A stretch of DNA of 64,000 bases, from positions 15,934,001 to 15,998,000 of the forward strand of contig CDPCPM010000045.1 in assembly GCA_976551045.1 (NCBI GenBank), in the 5' to 3' direction. Below are positions 25,230-38,048 of the stretch, piece after piece. A program made the translations under genes and the position numbers. A model generated the notes under the pieces. It was not told where the DNA came from. It was given only the letters and a program-made list of their open reading frames with translations, and did not search any database. Position 1 is the first letter of the stretch. Every line of letters begins with the position of its first letter. This DNA comes from Glaucostegus cemiculus (lineage: Eukaryota).

Positions 25230-26640
25230 CAAAAAATACCAGACCAAAATAGAGTCCCAGACCAACCATCAGTTGAGGCAAGACTTGAATGCTATAATGG
25301 GCTACAAAACGAAGTTGGGCAGTATTGCTGACAACAACGTATCCCTCCCTGAGGAGCTCAATGCATTTCTATGCACATTTTGAACAGAAGGGCAATGAAA
25401 CCACCTGCTCTGACATACCTGTACCCACAGTCACCACTGCAGATGTCAAGTCAGACTTCCTGAGAGTGAACCCACAGAAAGCGACTGGCCCAGATGGAGT
25501 CCCTGGCTGTGTCCTCGAATCCTCTGCGGATCAGCTGGTGGGAGTATTTGCAGACATCTTTAACCTCTCCCTATTCTAATCTGCTTTAAGAAGCCACTAT
25601 CATCCCGGTGCCAAAGAAAAATAAGGTAACGTGCCTTAATGACTTACCTGACATCAGCATCATGAACTGCTTTGAGAGGCTGATCATGACACACATTAAC
25701 TCCAGCCTCCCAGAAAACCTTGAACCATTGCAATTTGCCTACTACCAAAACAGATCCATGGCAGACACTATCTCCCTGGCCTTACACTCATCTTTGGAAC
25801 ATCTGGATAATAAAGGCACCTATGTCAGACTCCTATTTATTGATTATAGCTCCACCTTTAAATTATTCCAAACAAACTTATCTCCAAACTCCTAGACCTA
25901 GGACTCAGAACCCCCTTCCTGACCAACAGACTGCAATCAGTAAGGATAGGCAGCAACGCCTCCACCACGATTATCCACAACACTGGTGCCCCACAAGGCT
26001 GCTTTTTCAGCCCTTTACTCCTTATACACACATGACTGTGTGACCAGATTCTGCTCTAACTCCATCTACAAGTTTTCAGATGACACAGCTGTAGTGGGCC
26101 AGATCTCAAACAAGATGGAGTACAGAAAGGAGATAGAGAGCCTAGTGGCATGGTGTCCTGACAACAACCTTTCCCTCAATGTCAGCAAAACAAGAGAGCT
26201 GGCCATTGACTTCAGGAAGTGGAATAGAGTACATTCCCCTGTCTCTATCAACGGTGTTGAGGTGGAGATGGTTGACAGCTTCAAGGTCTTAAGTGTAAAC
26301 ATCACAAATGGCTTGTCCTAGTCTATTCATGTGAAACTGTGGCCAAGAAACCACACCAGTGTCTCTACTTCCTCAGAAGGCTAAGGAAATTCGGCATGTT
26401 CCCAAAGATCCTCACCAATTTGTTTTTGTATAGATGCACCATAGAGACCATCCTATCTGAATGCCTCACAGCTTGGTATGGCATTTGCTCTGCCCAAGAC
26501 CACAAGAAATTGCAGAGTTGTGAACACAGCCCAATGTATCACAGAACCCATGCTCCCCTCCATTTACTCTGTCTACATTTCCTGCTGCCTCAGAAAAGCA
26601 GCCAACATAATCAAAGACCCCTCCCACACCTGGCTCCCTG
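25230..26640 (+). mobile_element. Degenerate Rex1/Babar element (RT domain)
   Basis: Frameshifted ORFs with [69 protein letters not shown]. Confidence 0.9.
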
Positions 26641-26679
26641 AAGTGGTTAGACCACTAGTAAGAAAAGCACTTAAATAGA

Positions 26680-26965
26680 CAAGACCTAGAAGGAGACATG
26701 AAACTGCAGATGCTGGAATCTGAAGCAAAAAACCAAATGCTGGAGGAACTCCTGAGGTTCAGGCAGCATTTGTGGAGGGAAATGGACAGTTGATGCTTTG
26801 GGTCAAGACCTTTCATCTGGACTGAATGAGTAGAGACGAGATGGCAGTATAAAGGGGGAAGAGGTAGACCAAGAGCTGACAAGCAATAGATGGTTCCAGA
26901 TGAGGTATGATAGGCAGATGGAGGAGGGAAGAGTGGAAATAGCAACAAAGGCTGGGAGGTGATTA
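26680..26965 (-). mobile_element. Penelope-like pLTR/3' fragment
   Basis: Minus strand cagtccagatgaaaggtcttgacccaaagcatcaactg...gagttcctccagcatttgg...cagattccagcatctgcag. Confidence 0.7.
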
Positions 26966-27469
26966 ATGCCGTTTGGTTTCACCAGGTACCAATGGCTAGG
27001 ATGTTCATAGGCCAAAATTCTATAATATGGGACGAATTCAGAACCTGTGATTTTTGTTTTCCCAATAAAAGTTAAATTTGGGATCTTAACTGTAATACAG
27101 GAATTTGTGATAATCTGCAGGAAGGAAATATTGGACTTACAGTAATTGAAGCATTTTTGTTGAAAGCTTCCCATAAGTTGGTTAAAAAGCATCATTATCT
27201 GTGGCTTGCGACCAGTCCTCTGGTTCTTTATACCCGAGAGCGACACCCTGTGTTCGGGAGGAAGACATGCAAAAGAAATTCTGCATTTGAGCTTACTTGC
27301 AGTGAGGTATGAAGAAATCAAAGATGCTAATATCTTCCTAATCTTCCTAATATGTGGCAATATGGTGTCTACCCAGAAGAGTTGTTTTTCTCCTGGTCTT
27401 AAATTTTGTTTAGTCTGCTTCATGAAACAGAAAGCAAAATTCCTTGTTTACTTGATTTTTTTTGTCAAC

Positions 27470-28740
27470 CTCAAAACAAAATGCTAGAGAACTAAATGGG
27501 TCAAACAGAATCTGTAGAGGCAAAGGGATGGTCTATGTTTTGGATCAAGACTCCATGTCAGGACTGAGAGTGTATAAGGAAGATAGCCAGTATAAAGAGG
27601 TGAAAGAGAGCAGTGAAGCAGGGTGATTGGTGGAATTGGGTAAGGTGAGGGAAGATGGGCAGATGGAGCCAGGTGGGGGCAGCTGGAAGGTAGAGACACA
27701 GATTGGAAGGTTATGTAGAACCAGACAAGGGAGGGATGATAGACAGATGGAGCTATTTGGGAGAGGGGATAGCAAGAGTAGGTCAAGGGAAATGGAATCT
27801 AGGTATATAGTCAGTATATAGAAGTGAGAGGAGGGGTGAGACAGAGGCTGGTAGCTGATGGGTGAAAGCAAATTGGGGCAGGGGTGAGGGGTGATGGGCA
27901 GTTGGAGACAGGTGAGGGAGGGGCCGGGGAATATTGAGACAAACTGATAGGTGGAAACATAAGAAAAGAAAAACATAAGGCTTATAGTGCCGGATGGGGG
28001 AAGGAGGTTGGGGGGGGGGGTGGAGGTGGGAGAGGATAAGATAGAGACAGAAGCTGGTATGTGAAACATGGGACCAGTAAGGGAGGGAATTTGGGCAGAT
28101 GGAGCTGGGTGGGGGAGGGGTAGGCCTAGGAAGAAGAAACCAAGGTGGGTAAATGTGTGGGGGATGGACAGATGTAACCAGGTGGGAGAGGGTGATGGAT
28201 CTACATAACAGGGAGGGTGGGCAAGAAAAGGTGAACAAGGGGAGGGAGAACCTTGGACCAGTAGGAGTGGGAAGTGTGTTGTGGCTTACCTGAAATTGGA
28301 AAATTCAATGTTCATACCATTGGGCTGTAGGCTACCTCAGTAGAATGAGGTGCTGTTTTTCTCATTTGTATTTGGCCTCAGTGTGACAGTGGGGAATGCC
28401 AAGGACAAACAGGTTGGTGTGGGAATGGGAAGGGAATTTCAAATAACATGCTTGAAAGCTCAATGTGGCCATTGTAGACAGCACAGGTGCTCTGCCTAAT
28501 CTCTGCTTGGTCTTGCTGATGTAGGGGAGGCCATATCGAGAGGAATAGATGAGGTGCATTTGACTCTTTACCTCACTTGGAAGGGCTGTTTAGATCCCTG
28601 GATGGTGATGAGAAAGGAGGTACAGGGACAAGTTTTGCATCTCATACGGTTGCCAGGGAAAGTGCTAGGTTTCAAGGAGGGGTGGGTGGGGAAGGATGAG
28701 TAGACCGGGGAGCCATGGGGACAGTGGTTCCTGTGAAAAG
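27470..28740 (-). mobile_element. Penelope-like element remnant (GIY-YIG relic + long purine-rich 3' region)
   Basis: ORF 28362..28559 LIYSSRYGLPYISKTKQRLG...HSHTNLFVLG parallels the GIY-YIG relic at 52200-52500. pLTR motif at 27480-27570. Confidence 0.7.
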
Positions 28741-28744
28741 GGTA

Positions 28745-28935
28745 TCACCTATCAGCCTCAGTCTTGCCCCCCTCCCTCCAACTTCTATATAGTGGCTATC
28801 TTACTTCTACACTTTGCTGGTGCAGCGTCTCAGCCCAAAATATCAACCATCCCTTTGCCTCCAGAATTGCTGCTTAATCCCCAGAGTTGCTCCTACAGTT
28901 TGTTTTGTGCTGAAGATCCCAGCATCTGCACTCTT
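28745..28935 (+). mobile_element. Penelope-like pLTR fragment inverted relative to the adjacent copy
   Basis: gctggtgcagcgtctcagcccaaaatatcaacc...agatcccagcatctgca, on the opposite strand to 27480-27600. An inverted pLTR at the 5' end is a known PLE arrangement. Confidence 0.5.
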
Positions 28936-29129
28936 TTCAACCTGATCCAAACTTGTTTTGCCATACAAAAGCCTAATTCCCAGTACATCAGTGCCATAAA
29001 GTGACAGAATTTGAATAATGTACATTTTTTAAATAAAACTAATAGTTAAAGGTTATCATCATTAAGCATAGCATTCCTCTTAACAACTGAAATGTCATTC
29101 TGAAACGCTCCTATCCCTTTTCACAGTCA

Positions 29130-30230
29130 GGGAAAACAGCCACGTGTTGTTACTTAGTAATAATTTAAATGCTTTGGTCTTTCCAACTTTTAATGGCAGG
29201 TGAGTCTGCCTGTACAATACTGGAGTTTGGACAAATAATCTTACTGTTTAGAAATAGTAAAGGGGTTAATATTTAAGAGCAGATGCTGTGTCTTTTGATG
29301 TTATTGCTGAGAGGCATCATATAAATAAGGAGGGCTGGGATTGGCTCCTTTGGAACACCAGAGGCAACTATACATGGAGAAAACTATTAAAGTTGATTCT
29401 TTGGCTATGACCAGATTAGTGAAGGATAATTAAGTTGTGCAGATCCATCCAGATGTACGATGATGGAGAGGCGTTTGCAGGATGATATTGACAATAAAAA
29501 TGACTGCAGACAGGTTGGGAAGGCACCTTTCTCACTGTTATAGAGATGGTAGGATATGGATTAGTGACTGCTGTGACAGAGCTAGAAGGCAAATTAGGGG
29601 TGGGGTGTGGTGAGGGGATTAAAGCAAGAAGTTTCAGATATGATGGACAGAGGTTTGAGAGGTTACAGCACGTCCAAGGAATTTATGAAGAAAGTGGGGT
29701 GTGAGAATGCAAGGGTCATGGGTTAGCTTTTTTAAAGAGAGATGTGAAGCTGCCAGATTAGAAAAGGCACAGAACCTAAGGTGTAGGAACTATTGATTAC
29801 ATTGACTAACATTGGCATGAAGAAATGAAATGTTGTGGTCATTCCTTTAGTGGATGTAGGCTTAAAGATAAAATGAGTGCAGGAGAAATGGAAGGAAAAG
29901 CATAGAGAGGCATCTTTTGAAGCTGTTAGAGACATTGGGATTATCAGGCACATAACCTGCTACTAGAGAAGTAATAAAAGTTTTAGAGAAAGCAGTCCAG
30001 GTGAGCATTTCCCAGCCAGGAATGTGACCCCTTTCACGTTCTTGGGTGTGGGGGGGGGGGGGGGTTGCTCTCTGAGGCTTCAGTAATATTGAGGTACTTT
30101 AGTTAAATAGTTTGGAGAAATTATTAAAAAATGTACTCTGCATGAGGCGACTTGTGATATTATCAGTTGTTCATTGATGGTGTTGGGGATTCCAGGGTGT
30201 ACATATACTGAATGTGAGCTTGTGATGCTT
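29130..30230 (-). mobile_element. Very old L2-like LINE remnant
   Basis: Purine-rich diverged segment (ccttgga/tttggaacaccagagg, gggtgtgagaatgc) resembling antisense L2 RT. No ORF left. Confidence 0.3.
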
Positions 30231-30544
30231 TCATTCAGTGAAACTGGGAAATCAGTGATGTCAATTATAGTGGCAAATACCCATGGTTCTTTTATGCTTG
30301 TTGTATCAGATGAGAACAGAAGAGATGTGGGTGGTGTGGGAGTGTGGTGGTAGGTGTTGAGGTGATGTGCAGTACAGATAAAATGGGCTCTTGTAAAATT
30401 ATTGTGGCATGGGTGCAGCCATTCGTTCCATTGGCTCCTAGTAATGCAATGCTAGCAGTCTTGTTGCTTTTTCTCAGCACTGCAAGTTACTTTCTCTAAA
30501 GAGTTAAGAATTTCTTTGTGAATGTCCTGATAGATTACTCCACC

Positions 30545-31349
30545 TGTTACGAAACCAGCAACAAAAGAAGCACACCAAGTCATACTTCAGTGTTAAAACT
30601 ACTTTATTAATAACTGCATCCGATAATACGTAAAATAAGAATAAAAGTTCGTATGTTAGTACACAATAAAATATTAGAATCTTAAACTATAACCCCAAAA
30701 CTACTCGTCGTGTGTGCGTGTCGAATTCCTAAACTCAAAGTCCAGGAATTAGTTCTTAAAGTTCAGTTCAATAAGCCGTAAGATGAAACATGAATAAAGG
30801 CTTCTTCACAAGCACCGTCCACCGAAGACAAAACATAGATATAGAGAGAGATTAGAGAGGAATCACAAAATCCTAATGTTCCGCTCAAAACTCAGACGAC
30901 ACTTCAGGGCTAACTCGGTAGTGACTTTCTCACCCCGAAAACTCCTGAATCGTGACTGTCCATGCAAATACCTGTGTTCTTCTACAGGTTAGCAGCAAAG
31001 TGAATTCTGTCACTTTGTTCTACAGTATCTGCCACTCTGAAGAGCATCCAAAATGTGGTCATCCACGCAAACACCTGTGTCCTTCTACAGGTTACCGACA
31101 AAGTGAACTCCACTGGACTACTCCAGAAATCCATCCACGGATTTTAGTGACAAACACAGTTACTGTCCTTCATCCATCGACAGAAACAAAACAGGCTGCC
31201 ATCTCTCCTTCTTCCCTCTCTCCGTCCTCTCTTTTTCTTTCTTGTAATGACCTCATCACGTTAGTCTTATCTTCTGTTGACGTAATACGTTGCACACACA
31301 ATGTCCCATCTTAAAGGGATATTTGCCAATAGTAAGCTACTTCGTAACA
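30545..31349 (-). mobile_element. Solo LTR (Gypsy/ERV-type), 805 bp
   Basis: Termini TGTTACGAA...TTCGTAACA (9-bp inverted, TG..CA), flanked by 4-bp direct repeat CACC (30541-30544, 31350-31353). Minus-strand AATAAA at 30603-30608. No internal coding sequence. Confidence 0.8.
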
Positions 31350-31474
31350 CACCATTCTCGCAGGCTGTGATTTCCCAAGTCTTAACTACTCTCTGTGTGA
31401 TGTAGCCTCTTTACCTTTTTATTTAAAATTCTAAAACTATAGCCCATAGTCTTTGAGCCATCTGCTAATGGGAG

Positions 31475-32055
31475 ATAGAAACATAGAAAACCTACAGCAC
31501 AATTCAGGCCCTTCAGCCCAGAAAACTGTGCTGAACATGTCCCTACCTTAGAAATTACTAGGCTTACCCATAACCCTCTATTTTTCTCAGGTCCATGTAC
31601 CTTTCCAAAAGTCTCTTAAAAGACCCTTTCGTATTCGCCTCCACCACCGTTGCTGGCAGCCCATTCCATGCATTCACCACTCTGAGTAAAAAAAACTTTC
31701 CCCTGACATCTCCTCTATACCTACTCCCTAGCACCTTAAACCTATGTCCTCTTGTGGCAACCATTTCAGCCCTGGGAAAAAGCCTCTGACTATCCATACG
31801 ATCAGTGCCTCTCATCAAATACACCTCTATCAGATCCCCCCTGTCCTCCATCGCTCCAAGGAGAAAAGGCTGAGTTCCCTCAACCTGTTTTCATAAGGCA
31901 TGCTCCCCAATCCTGGCAGCATCCATGTAAATCTCCTCTGCACCCTTTCTATGGCTTCCACATCCTTCCTATAGTGAGGTGACCAGAAATGAGCACTGTA
32001 CTCCAAGTGGGGTCTGACCAGGGTCCTATATAGCTGCAACATTACCTTTCGGCTT
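31475..32055 (-). mobile_element. 5'-truncated CR1
   Basis: ORFs 31830..32042 and 31564..31851 (LYRTLVRPHLEY, ERVQRRFT, RVVNAWNGLP). Tail (tttctatg)n. Confidence 0.92.
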
Positions 32056-32057
32056 TC

Positions 32058-33514
32058 CTACCCAACAGCACTGTGAGAGCACCTTCACTGGAAGGACAAT
32101 GGCTCACCACCAGTTTCAAGGGCAATTAGATAGCAATGCCGAGTTGCCAAAAAATGAATAATGCAAAACCATTCAAATTACATTTGCAACAGTGACATCA
32201 ATGATGACAGCAGGACCAGATAGCCTTCTCTACTACTTCTGTATTTTCTTGGAGCAGGCATGATGAGAGAGAGTAATATCTTCATCAGAAATAATTACAT
32301 CAAATTTGACATTTGATTAATGGATCAGTGGCTGTAGAAATGTGGAGGGCCAAAAGTTAGCTAGTTATGAGATAAGGGCACGTCATCTATGCCATACCCA
32401 TGGTTGATGCTGAGTACAAGACAAGAAAAATGCGGAGAAAATAACTTACCAAGTAATGTCTTAGACATTTTAAATGGAGCATTATATTTAAATCAAAAAT
32501 GTGATTACTATTTTTAATATTTGCAAAGCTATTCAGTTGCCTTTAGTATAGGCTTCTTGAAAGATGTATTATTGGAAATCCTGCAAAAGCTGAATTTAAC
32601 CATTTTGAAATACAGATTTGGAAGTTGAATTTTCACCTGTCAGTTATTTGGGTTACATCTGATGGCAAATAGTGCAACACCTTTGGTCTGCCCACTGCTC
32701 CTGGGCATGGCATGCATGCTTTGAGGGAATCTTGCTAAAGGCCAGCTCAATTTTTGCATTGTGCTTGCCAATGGAAAGACCGATAACTTACTGGAGATAC
32801 AATAATAAGGTGACCAATTCTTCCAGTCTATGTTAATCTCTGTGCAAAATGATTTTAATATTGGTGATGTGGACATAACATTTACACTGATTAACATAAG
32901 TTTACTAATCAATTGAAATAGATATTAATTTTGTTCAACTGTTAAGAAGGGGTCTATTGCATTTTTCATTTTGTTTCCTTTTTAAAATAGTTTTTGCATC
33001 AATAATTTATCATGGGAGAATTCATTTTGTTATAACTTTGTTAGAAAGTCCATTCTAATTTAGCACTTCATTATTCTAATGATAATTTTGTGCCTCTGCT
33101 TCCTTATTTTTAAAAATCAATGGCATGTAGAAATGACATCAATTTTCAGTATGAAACTTCCATTGTATCCTGTGCTAATGTCCTTTGTCTCAATGATATT
33201 TCTCTGATCCTTTTGATTTTTCCTTTCCAAAATTTTAATTATGGTATTTGAACTGGTATTCTTTCCATAACAGAAACCTCTGAATTGTATAGTGGCCTTT
33301 TGAATGAAAGATATGCTCTGCATTGAGGCTGATGAACACATTGCAGTGATTATGTTGGCATGCATTGTTCAACTGATGTCACTGTTGCAAATGTAGTTTG
33401 AATAGTTTTGCTTTATTCATTTTTTGGCAACTCAGCATTGCTATCTAATTGCCCTTGAAACTGGTGGTGAGCCATTGTCCTTCCAGTGAAGGTGCTCACA
33501 GTGCTGTTGGGTAG
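32058..33514. repeat. Local inverted repeat: 32058-32200 and 33374-33514, ~1.17-kb spacer
   Basis: Arms are reverse complements with about 4 substitutions and one 2-bp indel by eye. Confidence 0.92.
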
Positions 33515-33810
33515 CAAAATCCAGGATGTAGACAAAATGATGATGAAAGACCAATGCTATCTTTCCAAGTCTGAATGATGTGTTACCTGGAGGGGAACCT
33601 GCAAATCATGGTGTTCCAGATGTAACCTGCTGCCTTTATCCTTCATAGTAGAGGTCACAGTTTTGAGAGAGATTGCAGAATCCAGGGCATGTAACCAGTC
33701 CATTTTGTTATTGTTACGCACTGTACCCTCTGTGCTGGTGGACTAGGGATGAGTAGGTCTAATGCATAGGTTGCCGGCAAGTAGTCTGTTTTTGTCCTGA
33801 ATGACATAGG
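33415..33810 (-). mobile_element. Old CR1-clade 3' fragment
   Basis: ctaattgcccttgaaactggtggtgagcc...gtgctgttgggtag...ggaggggaacctgca, antisense of the 3' region seen at 61370-61650. Confidence 0.6.
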
Positions 33811-35095
33811 GCTTTAACTAACTCTCCATGGTTTCACTTGTACTGGTGGAAATTAGTTCCCTTCCCTCCTGATTTGTTATCTCTAGTCATAATTTTAGTG
33901 CTTTGATTCTCATGCGCTAATTCACCAATTCAAGTACAATGTGGCCTGGTCTCGTGTGAGGGAGCAGTAGAGTTGGACAGACACAAGATGTTTGCTTCAT
34001 GTCAGTGAACTTCAGTAATTTGTTTTCAAATATTACATTTGAATTTTTAAGTCTGAATCTCTTTGAAATGAGACTGATTTTTTTCTTAAAGCAAAAATAT
34101 GTAATGATGTATGGTGTTTAAAGCCATATTTAAGATTGATTTTAGAAGGAGAAATTTATTCTCTTAACTGAATATACTATACATTTCAATTTTATTTCTC
34201 TACTAAGCATATTTCAAGAAATATGATGAAACAATGCTTTCCAATTGTTAAGTGTTTTTGTGCCTTCAGTGCTTATTTACCTACATTTGCAAGTGAATGA
34301 GAATAGGAGTCTCAATGAAATGTGCGTGATTCATGTGGCCCACATTCTGCAGATATCATCGTATAAGCCATCCCTCCATTTCTTTTTACTATCCATTTGT
34401 TCCTGTTGTCATTTGACTTTCTCTCTCCAGTTTCAGCAGGAAATAAGGTTTAGAATTGAACTTTACATGAGAGCTGTGGTTAAGGCCAAAGCTGCAACTT
34501 AAAAGTTAAGTTGCTGTTTAATTCCTGTGAATTGATGCAATTAAATTGATAGAAAATAGGTCAAAAGTAGAAGGGAAAAATCTACTGATGTTGATGATGT
34601 CTCTTTGGTCTCTTAAGTTTCAATGCCATGTGTCTTGCATTTTCAAGATGTCATAAATCTGGTAGTTTGGGTAATCCTGCCATTATCCTTCAGCACACCT
34701 GAGTACATGCAGAAAATAAGAAAATACTCTGTAAGCACCATAGCAGGTTTAAGCTGGAAATGGCTAGTAATGTATGATGGGGTGATGGATGCAACAACTG
34801 CATAAGAATATCTCCTGTTGCAAAGCCATTTCCATTTTTGATGGTGACATCCCTTTCAAGTAGCTGCTTCCAGGGCACTAAGTACATGGTGGCAGTAGGA
34901 AAGAGTAAGCAACGAATTCCATATCTGCACCTTCAGTATTATCATTGTTTCGATGTAGGGTAAGCCTACTTTCAAGGCCATTTTTGGGTTGATCTTTTCT
35001 ACCTTGTCAATTTATTAAAACTGTTGATTAGTTTTAGCTAGCTTTGGTGTATTGGCAAGCATATTGTTAACATTGTTTTTGTTTTTAATTAACAG

Positions 35096-35221
35096 TACAA
35101 CTTCTCAGCAAAACAAGAAGTTTTAAGCAAAAGCAGAAGTTTGGATAGGAAGCCAGAACCTTTAGTATTGACAAATTGGCGACACAGCACGTATGGCGTT
35201 GGACAGTTGGACCTTGAAAAG
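35096..35221 (+). CDS. ARHGAP12: ARHGAP12 exon, 126 nt (YNFSAKQEVLSKSRSLDRKPEPLVLTNWRHSTYGVGQLDLEK)
   Basis: T-rich acceptor ...ttaacag, donor gtagga, phase 0-0. KSRSLDR and VLT.WRHST motifs as in ARHGAP12. Confidence 0.93.
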
Positions 35222-36027
35222 GTAGGAAACTGCAACTTAAGTCACAATCTGTTAAATGCTGCAAAATAAATGTTATTGTGGTGAACAATTCAAAGAACTC
35301 ACTCTTCATAATGTGCTTATTGAGAAGCTTTATTGTCCTCATTTTGGATGTCAGGAGGCTGTGATAGAGGGCTAAGTAAATGGATTTTTCTGCTTTAGCC
35401 TGAAGTTTGGGAAGAAATATCTTAATACAGAAGCAAGCTGCAGCAAAATACTGCAGTTCTGGAATAAAAGCAGAGAAATATTTTATGTTGCAGACCATTT
35501 GACAGGACCTAAAGATTGTAAACATGAAACATTATTTTTGTTTCTTTCTTCAGATCTTGCCTGACCTGTGTGTTTTCAACCTTTTCAACCTTAGTATTAG
35601 TTGGTTATGTATCCTATTCTATTGCAACATAAATTTGGTTCTTGAAATATCATTTCGAATTGAGAAACTTGGTTATAGATGCAGTTACTTATATTCTACT
35701 AAATGGAGTGCTAGTACACAATGAAAATGACATTAACAGTTGCAGTGCACATAATGGCAATTCACTGAAGCATATTGCCTGGAATTGCATTTTTTCAAAA
35801 TTGAATGTAAATGATAAAGGAAAATTTAAAAATTCATAGCTAAGGGAATAAAATAAAAAATTAATGAAAATGTTGATGTCTTCAAAGTTCATGAAAGCAT
35901 TAATACTCCATTTGTTATTATGAAATATAGGAGGTGGTTTTCAGCCCTTTGCCCTGCACCCATGGGATAAATAGCAGCATCCAGCTTGTCCTTTAGTGTA
36001 GATGGGTGCTTAATGGTTGGTGCAGAT

Positions 36028-37095
36028 ACATAGAACAACGGAACAGTACAGCACAGGAATAGGCCTTTCGGCCCACAATGTCTGTACAGACCATGATGCC
36101 AATTTAAACTAATCCCATCTGCCTGCATAAGGGGTCTATCTCTCTGTCCCCTGCCTGTCCATGTGCCTGTCTAAATACCTCTTAAATGTTGCCAGTGCAT
36201 CCCCTGGCTGCGATCTTTAGACATGTGTGCAAAAAAAAAAATTGCCTTACAAATGTCCTTTACAATCCAATCTGCCAAGTCACCATGAATCCCATGTGCC
36301 TTAATCTCCTGGATCAGCCTCCCATGAAGAACCTTGTTGAATGCTTTAGTAAAGTCCATATAGACAACATCCACTGTGCTATCCTCATCATCTTTATCTC
36401 CTCCATAAAAAACTTAATGAAGTTTGATAGACATGACCTCCCCTGCACAGTCAGCATGGCTTTATCCATAAAAGTCCATGCCTTACCTGATGTGAGCAAA
36501 TCCTATCCCCAGGAATCTTCCCCAATAATTTTCCTACCACTGATGTAAGACTCACCAGCCTATAATTTCCTGGTTCGTCCCTATTGCTCTTCTTTAATAG
36601 AGGAACAACATTGGCTCTTCTCCAGTCCTCTGATCCTTGCTTGTGGCTAAAGAGGATACAAAGATCTGCGTCAAGGCCACAGCCATCTCTTCTTGCCTCT
36701 CTCAATAACCTGGGATGGATCTAATCCAGTCCTGGGGACTTACCCACCTTAATGTTCTTCAAAAGCCCCAGCAGCTTTTTGATATCAACACGCTGTAGAG
36801 TATCAGCATTCCCTTCCCTGAAATCACTATCCTCCATGTCCTTCTCCTTGAATACCAATGCAAAGCACCTATTTAGTATTTTGCCCACTTCCTCTGGCTT
36901 CAGGCATAAATTCCTTTGTCTTTGAGCGATCGTAGCCTCTTTTAGCAAACTCTTGTTCTTTTTAATGCATGTATAAAATGCCTTGGGATCCTCCTTAATC
37001 CTACTCACCAAGGACCCCTGTCATCATGGCCCCTTTCAGACCTCCTGATACTCTTGAGTCCTTTCCTGCATTCTTTATTTTTCAGGGGCCCTGTG
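36028..37095 (-). mobile_element. Internally deleted CR1
   Basis: ORF relics VSRIKEDPKAFY, DWRRANVVPLLKK...NYRLVSLTS, DVVYMDFTKAFNKV joined almost directly to the 3' UTR. Confidence 0.85.
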
Positions 37096-37779
37096 GTGGA
37101 AAAAGGACCTGCTTCCATGCTGTATGTCTCTTATGATCCTATCATGTGTTTTTAGAGAAGCATAGAATACAAAAACTAGGATCTCATACTAAGCCCACAT
37201 AAAAGTGCTAGTAAGGCATTTAGAGGATATTTAAAAACATTTGATATCAATTTAAATAATTAATTAAAATGCGAGAATTGGTACATTAATAAGAATCAAT
37301 AAGTTTAAGAATGTATGAGTTTAAAATAGAAATTGCGAAGTGTGACATATTTAAAAATAAATTAACTTTAAGCATATGGAATTGGTAGCAATAGTTAAAA
37401 ATAGCAGAGTAAAATGTAAACCAGTTGTGCTGACTCGCTTTTCTTTCCTCACAGGATAGGCAACTATAATCAGCATAGGCCCACCTCCCTGGCGCAAAGC
37501 TTGGGGATTTGATGCAAAGAGCATCTGGCTTTGTCTCCAGCATGGCAGCGGTAGTACGTTCAGCAGCAGAGCAGGAAGTCAGATATGGTAGCCTCTGACC
37601 TCAGTTCCTCTCTGAATTATCTGGTTAATTACAGCTACTTGGAAGTCTGAGATGAATTGTACCACAGAGAGAAAATGGTTCCGCAGTTATCAGAAAACCT
37701 GATCCAGGCCAGTAATGCCTGAAACTGGATTATGGCTTGAAAGAACCATTGGATAGGATTATTTAATGGGTAGAATTTT

Positions 37780-38046
37780 CATTTATATAGCACCTCTTTC
37801 AGTAGAAACTTTTTCAAGGCACTTTACAGGAGTGTTATCAAACAAATATTAACATCAAGCCACAGTAGGACTAAAACAAAGAAGTAGGTTTTAATGATCA
37901 ATCTTAAGGCAAAAAGAAAGTTAAAGAAATAGGGTATGTTTAAGGACAGAATTCCAGAGCTTGGGGCCTTGACTTGAGGCATAGTTGCTAATGATGATCA
38001 ATTAAATTCAGGGATTATGGAGCGGCCAGAATTTGAAGTGTGCAAA
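37780..38046 (-). mobile_element. L2-like 3' remnant interrupted by the Tc1 insertion
   Basis: atttatatagcacc...aaggcactttacagg...agtaggttttaa...gaattccagagcttggggcc resembles antisense L2-clade 3' ends. Confidence 0.45.
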
Positions 38047-38048
38047 TA

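Noticed and set aside
26803-27423. 206-aa minus-strand ORF
   Set aside because: No recognisable motif, and its 3' part runs through a Penelope-like UTR; likely chance.
30048-30064. Poly-G run (also poly-C at 52601-52619)
   Set aside because: Simple homopolymers within or near TE relics; length unreliable and no evidence of function.
33060-33250. Acceptor-like sequence within the inverted-repeat spacer
   Set aside because: Immediate stop in phase 0 and no clear donor; not supportable.
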